Assembly: GCA_001897155.1 (NCBI GenBank)
Contig: MKSF01000006.1
Span: forward strand, 94,696-158,695
DNA: 64,000 bases
Source of the DNA: Bacteroidetes bacterium 47-18
Lineage (GTDB): Bacteria > Bacteroidota > Bacteroidia > Chitinophagales > Chitinophagaceae
Direction: 5' to 3'
Part shown: in pieces, positions 58,328-64,000 of the stretch
Position numbering within the stretch: the stretch's first letter is position 1
How the letters are laid out: each line of letters begins with the position of its first letter
Program-made: the position numbers and the translations under genes
Notes under the pieces: generated by a model
What the model was told of the DNA's origin: nothing
Seen by the model: only the letters and a program-made list of their open reading frames with translations
Database searches by the model: none

Positions 58328-58759
58328 TCAAAGAGGTTCAAATACCACACAAACAGAATTAATGCAATAGCGGACATAGGTGGGCGGCGGACCGTCATCA
58401 AACACATGTCCCAGGTGGGCATCGCACAATTTGCATAATACCTCTATCCGTTTCATATTGAAGGACAGGTCCTCCACGTAGTACACGGCCTCTTTATCCG
58501 AAGGCTCAAAGTAGCTCGGCCATCCGCATGAGCTCTGGAATTTGGCATCGGAAGCAAAGAGATAATTACCGCAGCAGGCGCAATAATACCGGCCTTTCTG
58601 ATCAGAGTCCCAGTAGGTGCCGGTGAAGGGCCTTTCGGTCCCTTTCAGACGGGCAACCCTGTATAATTCCTCCCCCAGCACCTTCTGCCAGACATTGTTC
58701 TCAAGATGCAGCGGGGTTGTCCTGTTTTTTATAAAATAAGGATGCTGTTCCATGGTCAA
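58328..58759 (-). CDS. msrB: Peptide-methionine (R)-S-oxide reductase
   Basis: GTYWDSDQKGRYYCACCGNYLF..CGWPSYFEP..LCDAHLGHVFDDGP, the SelR domain with CxxC pairs. 143 aa. Confidence 0.85.
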   Translation of the reverse strand: MTMEQHPYFIKNRTTPLHLENNVWQKVLGEELYRVARLKGTERPFTGTYWDSDQKGRYYCACCGNYLFASDAKFQSSCGWPSYFEPSDKEAVYYVEDLSFNMKRIEVLCKLCDAHLGHVFDDGPPPTYVRYCINSVCVVFEPL

Positions 58760-58763
58760 AATA

Positions 58764-59321
58764 TTATTTTCTGATACCGGTACCTGAGTGATACAGTACC
58801 GAATCAGGTAAATATTGAATAATATGAATCGTTAATTGCGTGGTGTCCAATAAGCTTTTCCGCATCTCCACGAGAACAGAATCCCTGTTACCGCAGATCT
58901 TCTGCCAGCCCTGGTTATTATCAAAGCTGTCGGTCCTTGCCAGGTAAAAACGATCCACATTAATGGTCAGGGCTTCGTTGCCGCACCACCCTGTCATGGT
59001 CATCTTCTGGTAGGTGGTATCCTGCGCTATCTTCCGGAGATCAAATCCCAGGGTATCTATCCTTATGACCGTTTCATCCCGGCTTTTTACCGTATCTACA
59101 AACATCCAGCTACCCTCGTAAAAGTCAGTGGCAAAAAAGCAGGTGCTGTTATCTTCTATCCCGGGGAAATTCCAGTTATAATTTACCGCACGGGGGATAT
59201 TACAATATTTACGGTTCAGTTGGTCACTGATGTCGGGGCCTTTTTTGTCCGTATTCTTCGTGCAGGCACCCAGCAGCATACATGCTGCCGCTATCCTCCA
59301 TATGTTTGTATACGCGCTCAT
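58764..59321 (-). CDS. Hypothetical lipoprotein
   Basis: Signal peptide plus lipobox (LLGACTKN). 185 aa. Confidence 0.45.
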   Translation of the reverse strand: MSAYTNIWRIAAACMLLGACTKNTDKKGPDISDQLNRKYCNIPRAVNYNWNFPGIEDNSTCFFATDFYEGSWMFVDTVKSRDETVIRIDTLGFDLRKIAQDTTYQKMTMTGWCGNEALTINVDRFYLARTDSFDNNQGWQKICGNRDSVLVEMRKSLLDTTQLTIHIIQYLPDSVLYHSGTGIRK

Positions 59322-59500
59322 CCTAAATCGGTTTGTCTGTAAGAGATAACGAAGTTATATATAAATCCTGTATGCCGGCACCGGGAAATTCCTGTCTTTA
59401 TATTAATGATAAAGATATGCAATGTTATACAGAATTTATTTCTATTTTTGGAGGTTATATCAGGTTAAATATTTCAGTAAAACTATAAACGACTCAACAC

Positions 59501-60346
59501 TTGAAAAAATCACCTACACAGATATATTCCATCATCGGCATTTCCCTGGTGCTTTTCCTGCTCGGGGTCATCGGGTGGATAGGTATCAACGGGCATTCTC
59601 TCAGCAGGATCGTAAAGGAAGATGTAACGGTTGATGTGATCCTTCATGACAATACCAGGATGGAAAAGGCGGAAGCCCTGGAAAAGATCCTCCGGGACCA
59701 GAGCTTTGTAAAAAGCGCCGTTATCGTTACCAAGGAAGAGGCGCTGGAAAAATACATAAAGGAAAATAACGAAAACCCGATCAATTTCTTAGGATATAAC
59801 CCGCTCTATATTTCCATACAGACCAGCCTGCATGCAGAATATGTCAACCCCGACAGCATGGCCCTCATTACCCGGTTCATACAGCAAAGCAATATTGTAA
59901 GGGAAGTCTATTACCCGGATATGATAGTAGGCAACCTTGACAACCTGATACAAAATACCAGCCTCATCCTGACGGTAATAGCCGGCCTGCTGCTGATAGC
60001 AGTGGTTGTGATCATTGACAATACCGTAAGGCTGTCCATGTACAGCAACAGGATGCTGATAAAGACCATGCAGATGGTGGGTGCCAAAAGAAGCTTTATT
60101 GCGCGTCCCTTTAACAAGCAGGCCTTCATTTCCGGGCTCATTTCGGCGGTGATCGCTATCTTGGGCATCCTGGGCATCCGGTATTTCGTGTCCGGCATCT
60201 TCCCCAAGATCAATGTCCTTGACAACCCCATACTCTTTATCCTTTTACTGGTGACCATCTGTGCGCTGGGTATTGTCATATCCGTACTGAGCACCAACAG
60301 ATCTGTCATCAAATACCTTAAGCTGAAGCTGGACGACCTTTATTAG
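59501..60346 (+). CDS. ftsX: FtsX-like permease family protein (cell-division ABC transporter permease)
   Basis: N-terminal TM, periplasmic domain, then three C-terminal TMs (LILTVIAGLLLIAVVVIIDNT ... ). TTG start in the ORF track. No adjacent ftsE. Confidence 0.7.
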   Translation: MKKSPTQIYSIIGISLVLFLLGVIGWIGINGHSLSRIVKEDVTVDVILHDNTRMEKAEALEKILRDQSFVKSAVIVTKEEALEKYIKENNENPINFLGYNPLYISIQTSLHAEYVNPDSMALITRFIQQSNIVREVYYPDMIVGNLDNLIQNTSLILTVIAGLLLIAVVVIIDNTVRLSMYSNRMLIKTMQMVGAKRSFIARPFNKQAFISGLISAVIAILGILGIRYFVSGIFPKINVLDNPILFILLLVTICALGIVISVLSTNRSVIKYLKLKLDDLY

Positions 60347-60364
60347 AAGATAAAAGCTACCCCG

Positions 60365-61072
60365 ATGAATACTGTACATATCAAAGACTTAGGAACCATA
60401 TCTTATCAGGAGGCCTGGGATCTGCAGGAAGCCCTGATGAAAGAAGGCCTGGATGTAAAATCAAAAAGATTCTCCAAAGATTTCAGCCCCGACGATGATA
60501 AGCAGATCGCTCATCATCTCCTGTTCTGCCAGCATCCCCACGTATATACTTTAGGCAAGAGCGGCTTTATGGAAAACCTGCTGGTCAACAATACCCAGCT
60601 CCAGGAGCTGGGCGCCACCTTTTTCAAAACCAACCGAGGAGGGGATATTACGTATCACGGTCCCGGGCAGATGGTGGTCTATCCTGTGCTTGACCTGGAG
60701 CAGTTCTTTACAGACCTAGGCCGGTATATGCGCAGCCTGGAGGAAGCCGTGATCCAGACCATCGCGGAATTCGGCATTACAGGCGGCCGGCTGGAAGGCG
60801 CCACGGGTGTCTGGCTGGATGCCGGCGACAGCGGCAAGGCCCGGAAGATCTGCGCCATGGGCGTAAAATGCAGCCGCTGGCTGACCATCCATGGCATTGC
60901 CCTGAATGTGAACACGGACCTGAGCTATTTCGGGCATATCGTACCCTGCGGCATATCGGACAAAGGCGTTACTTCCATGCAGCAGGAGCTGGGTCAGGCG
61001 GTGGATGAAGAAGCTGTAAAAAAAGTATTCAGGGAAAAATTTGCAAATGTTTTTAACGTACATTTGAACTAG
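60365..61072 (+). CDS. lipB: Lipoyl(octanoyl) transferase
   Basis: QHPHVYTLGKSG..NRGGDITYHGPGQMVVYPVLDL..KICAMGVKCSRWLTIHGIALNV. 235 aa. Confidence 0.85.
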   Translation: MNTVHIKDLGTISYQEAWDLQEALMKEGLDVKSKRFSKDFSPDDDKQIAHHLLFCQHPHVYTLGKSGFMENLLVNNTQLQELGATFFKTNRGGDITYHGPGQMVVYPVLDLEQFFTDLGRYMRSLEEAVIQTIAEFGITGGRLEGATGVWLDAGDSGKARKICAMGVKCSRWLTIHGIALNVNTDLSYFGHIVPCGISDKGVTSMQQELGQAVDEEAVKKVFREKFANVFNVHLN

Positions 61073-61110
61073 AAAAGCACACAAACAACTCATTTAAGAA
61101 AACGATATAA

Positions 61111-62103
61111 ATGGAAAAAATTACAGCGGCCATTACTGCGGTTGGAGGCTATGTGCCGGAATATGTCCTTACCAATGAAGAATTAGAAACAATTGTAGAC
61201 ACTACAGACGAATGGATCACCACACGCACCGGCATTAAAGAGAGAAGGATACTGAAAGGAGAGTTCGGAACGTCCCATATGGGCATCAAGGCAGTACAGA
61301 ACCTGATGTCCAAGCACGACCTGGATCCCGCAGATGTGGAATTGCTGATCTGTGCCACAACGACCCCTGATATGCAGTTTCCCGCCACTGCCAATATCAT
61401 TGCCGCCGAATGCGGGTTCACCAACGCTTTTTCCTACGATATCAGCGCAGCCTGCTCCGGGTTTCTCTATGCCCTCACTACTGCCGCCCAGTTCATAGAA
61501 AGCGGCAAGCATAAGAAAGTAATAGTGGTGGGAGGCGATAAAATGAGCTCCATCATAGATTACGAGGACAGGACTACCTGCATCATTTTCGGGGACGGCG
61601 CAGGAGCGGTGTTGCTGGAGCCCAGCACGGACGGCACCGGCATACAGGACAGCATCCTGAAATCCGACGGTAACGGGTGGGTGCACCTGCACCAGAAAGC
61701 GGGCGGCTCCCGCAGGCCGGCTACCATAGAGACCGTATCCAACAAAGAACATTATGTTTACCAGGAAGGCCAGACCGTCTTTAAATTCGCCGTTACAAAT
61801 ATGGCGGATGTATGCGAAAAAATAATGGTCAAAAATAACCTCCGCAGCAACGATATTGCCTGGCTGGTACCGCACCAGGCCAACCTGAGGATCATCTCCG
61901 CTACCGCGGACCGGATGCAGCTGCCGCCGGAAAAGGTCATGATCAATATCCAGAAGTTCGGCAATACCACTTCAGGCACTTTACCGCTCTGCCTGTGGGA
62001 ATGGGAAAAGCAGCTTAAAAAAGGCGATAATATCATCCTGGCAGCGTTCGGAGGAGGCTTTACATGGGGGGCCGTTTATATTAAATGGGCTTATAACAGC
62101 TAA
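61111..62103 (+). CDS. fabH: Beta-ketoacyl-ACP synthase III
   Basis: [41 protein letters not shown]. Active-site Cys region SAACSGF. C-terminal HQANLRI and GNTTSGTLP. Confidence 0.85.
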   Translation: MEKITAAITAVGGYVPEYVLTNEELETIVDTTDEWITTRTGIKERRILKGEFGTSHMGIKAVQNLMSKHDLDPADVELLICATTTPDMQFPATANIIAAECGFTNAFSYDISAACSGFLYALTTAAQFIESGKHKKVIVVGGDKMSSIIDYEDRTTCIIFGDGAGAVLLEPSTDGTGIQDSILKSDGNGWVHLHQKAGGSRRPATIETVSNKEHYVYQEGQTVFKFAVTNMADVCEKIMVKNNLRSNDIAWLVPHQANLRIISATADRMQLPPEKVMINIQKFGNTTSGTLPLCLWEWEKQLKKGDNIILAAFGGGFTWGAVYIKWAYNS

Positions 62104-62196
62104 CCGGAACAGAAGAGATAATATTCGGAAATAATATTCGGGCATACTTTTTGTACTATCCAGGGAAGACATTCATTAATTTAAAGTATTGTACAC

Positions 62197-62703
62197 ATGA
62201 ATTCCTTATTCGATCTTATAAAAAGCCAGGCAGAAAGCTACCTGAACCAGCAATCCGCCATACCTTCCGGCCAGAACGACCAGATCCTGGAAGAAGCGCA
62301 GCATACAGTAGTAAACGGACTTCAAAGCATGAGCCCGGGCCAGCTGGAAATGCTTAACGAAGCGGCAGCCTCCGGTACCCTTGATGCCAGCAATCCCCAG
62401 GTACAGGGTATCAGCGGTAACTTTGCAGAGAACATCGCCCGGAAGCTGGGCCTGGATGGCAGTACGGCACAAAGCATTGCCGCATCGATCATCCCGATGA
62501 TCCTCGGTAAGGTGGCCGGCAAAGGCACAGGCGGATTTAACCTGGAGCAGATACTGGGCAACCTCACCGGTAACAAGCCGGCTTCCGGGGAACAGCAGAA
62601 CAGCGGGATCCTTGACCAGTTATCCGGCATAGGCAAACAGCTAGGCCTGGATAAGGACGGAGACGGTGATGTGGACCTGGACGACCTGAAAAAAATGTTT
62701 TAA
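62197..62703 (+). CDS. Hypothetical protein (DUF937-like, Gly/Asp-rich C-terminus)
   Basis: 168 aa. No catalytic motifs. C-terminal GLDKDGDGDVDLDDLKKMF. Followed by a terminator. Confidence 0.45.
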   Translation: MNSLFDLIKSQAESYLNQQSAIPSGQNDQILEEAQHTVVNGLQSMSPGQLEMLNEAAASGTLDASNPQVQGISGNFAENIARKLGLDGSTAQSIAASIIPMILGKVAGKGTGGFNLEQILGNLTGNKPASGEQQNSGILDQLSGIGKQLGLDKDGDGDVDLDDLKKMF

Positions 62704-62712
62704 AATATATAA

Positions 62713-62745
62713 GGTACGGAGCAGTATGGCTTCGTACCTTTTTAT
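62713..62745 (+). terminator. Rho-independent terminator (GGTACG-loop-CGTACC-T6)
   Basis: Hairpin plus T-run directly after the stop at 62703. Confidence 0.5.
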
Positions 62746-62778
62746 TATTTCTCTCTTTTACTTTCACTTCAAAAAGCA

Positions 62779-63114
62779 ATGCAGATGTCAAAATTCGTAG
62801 TTTCCCAACGAAGCAACAAGGAGTTTCAGTTCAACTTACACGCCGGTAACGGCCAGGTGATCCTGACCAGCGAAGGCTACACTACCAAAGCGAGCTGTCT
62901 TAACGGCATTGATTCCGTAAAGAAGAACGCCGCAGACGAAAACAGGTTTGAAAAGCTGGAATCCAAAAATGCCAAATATTATTTCAACCTGAAAGCCAAC
63001 AACGGCCAGATCATAGGCACCAGCCAGATGTATGAAAGCGCAGCCGGAAGAGATAATGGCATTCAGTCTGTTATGACGAACGCTCCGGGCGCTGCCATAG
63101 AAGAACGCCTGTAA
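62779..63114 (+). CDS. YegP/DUF1508 family protein (tandem YegP repeats)
   Basis: Two ~50-aa repeats: FQFNLHAGNGQVILTSEGYTTKASCLNGIDSVKKNA and YYFNLKANNGQIIGTSQMYESAAGRDNGIQSVMTNA. Confidence 0.7.
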   Translation: MQMSKFVVSQRSNKEFQFNLHAGNGQVILTSEGYTTKASCLNGIDSVKKNAADENRFEKLESKNAKYYFNLKANNGQIIGTSQMYESAAGRDNGIQSVMTNAPGAAIEERL

Positions 63115-63724
63115 CCTGCACTTATACAATAATAACCGTAGCAAACGTGTCAGGAACGGAGGAAGGAACGCGGCGCTGTGTCCCCGTACCCTCCTCCGTA
63201 TTAACCTCGCATTTCAAGGCTATCTCCATTGTTTTTATTATCTTAGCCGGTACATTTAACAGCAGCCGGCATATGCAGCTCCTACCTGGACATATTTTTA
63301 AGCGCCTCGTCATTCTAATGATGATGGTGCTGATATGCATACCCTGCCCTGCCAAAAGAACGGTCAAGCAGTTGCTGGATATCCCTGTCACTGCACATCA
63401 CACAGGCAGCCAACCTGTCAAGCAGGCGGCCTGCCCTGCTTTTATACGGCACACGGCGGCTACCTCCCCGGTATATGTCCTGCAGCAAGCTACCAGGAAA
63501 CCTGCTTCAGGCGGCTATCCGGCCGGCAGCAGTAAGCAGGAAGGGTTGCGCAATACTACCCTGCATAACGCCCGGCCATTCGCCGGCAATACGCCCATCT
63601 ATATACGGCACCGCTGTATTTTAATCTGATATCCCGCTACTTTAGACATCACATGGCTATCCCGAAACTATACGGGAAGCCTGTTCCGTTTATATTAGTT
63701 GACTTATCAAATTTATACAGCACT

Positions 63725-64000
63725 ATGCATCATCAATCATATACGTATGCCGGTACCTTAGCTACCGGCCTGCGATGGGTCACCGGCTGGACCTACTTCT
63801 CCGCATTCTGGAGAAGGCTCGTACTGGAAAACAAGCTGAACCCCGAAGAAGCCGGGTATATAGGGGAAAAATTCAATCATTTCCTGCCCAATGCCCTGGG
63901 CATCAAACCGGTGATAGCCCACTTGGTATCACACCCGGAGCAGTTATGGTGGGCTATGCTGCTTTTTACCATCATAGAAGGCATCGTCGGACTGCTGTTC
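63725..64000 (+). CDS. DoxX/DoxD-family membrane protein, 3' partial (runs off window)
   Basis: ATG at 63725. LATGLRWVTGWTYFSAFWRRLVLENKL resembles the DoxD/DoxX N-terminus. Open to the window end. Confidence 0.45.
   Translation, partial: MHHQSYTYAGTLATGLRWVTGWTYFSAFWRRLVLENKLNPEEAGYIGEKFNHFLPNALGIKPVIAHLVSHPEQLWWAMLLFTIIEGIVGLLF

Noticed and set aside
63147-63629. 160-aa ORF in the GC-rich gap
   Set aside because: Cys/His/Pro-biased, with no recognisable family and no convincing start context. Reported as a finding (possible pseudogene/ncRNA) rather than a CDS.

Overview
This window looks like a chromosomal segment of a Bacteroidota genome (Chitinophagaceae-like; T9SS cargo, TonB-dependent receptor, Bacteroidetes-type Rho with a long N-terminal insertion, about 50% GC). 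It carries about 50 protein genes. Most are housekeeping: kdsA, polX, cmk, purF, tcdA, tatD, infC, thiL, radA, rho, msrB, ftsX, lipB, fabH and an ABC-F ATPase. There is also a subclass B1 metallo-beta-lactamase lipoprotein. No rRNA, tRNA, IS element or CRISPR was recognised.

Two things stand out.

1. About 4.4 kb (7%) of the window is four arrays of highly structured hairpin repeats, at 6.2-6.8, 7.7-7.9, 14.4-16.1 and 29.1-30.9 kb. They are built from two recurring modules. One is a ~65 bp hairpin with arms like CTTCGACAGGCTCAGG/CATGACA. The other is a composite ~120-170 bp element with left arm CGCTrCGCTaCAGTCGAAATGACA, a variable loop, and right arm TGTCATTTCGAGCG...GAGAAATCTCC. The two largest arrays each contain a small, AT-rich, mutually divergent GIY-YIG nuclease gene sitting exactly at a repeat-unit boundary. 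This is reminiscent of REP/RAYT systems, but with a GIY-YIG nuclease instead of a tyrosine transposase.

2. One of these arrays separates a minus-strand ybjN-like / pspA (ESCRT-III-like) / yqiJ-like (NfeD-type) / flotillin operon from a 1609-aa protein. That protein has a long coiled coil and a MoxR/dynein-type (AAA_5) AAA+ domain. Together these form a candidate membrane remodelling/repair module pairing an ESCRT-III-like protein and an SPFH protein with a dedicated giant ATPase.

Other accessory-looking content: a low-GC 5 kb island of hypothetical envelope proteins bounded by repeat arrays, a large T9SS cargo protein of unknown function, a cluster of secreted hypothetical proteins, and candidate operator motifs (a palindrome in the XRE/pspA divergent promoter and TGCAAT direct repeats upstream of a TonB-receptor operon).
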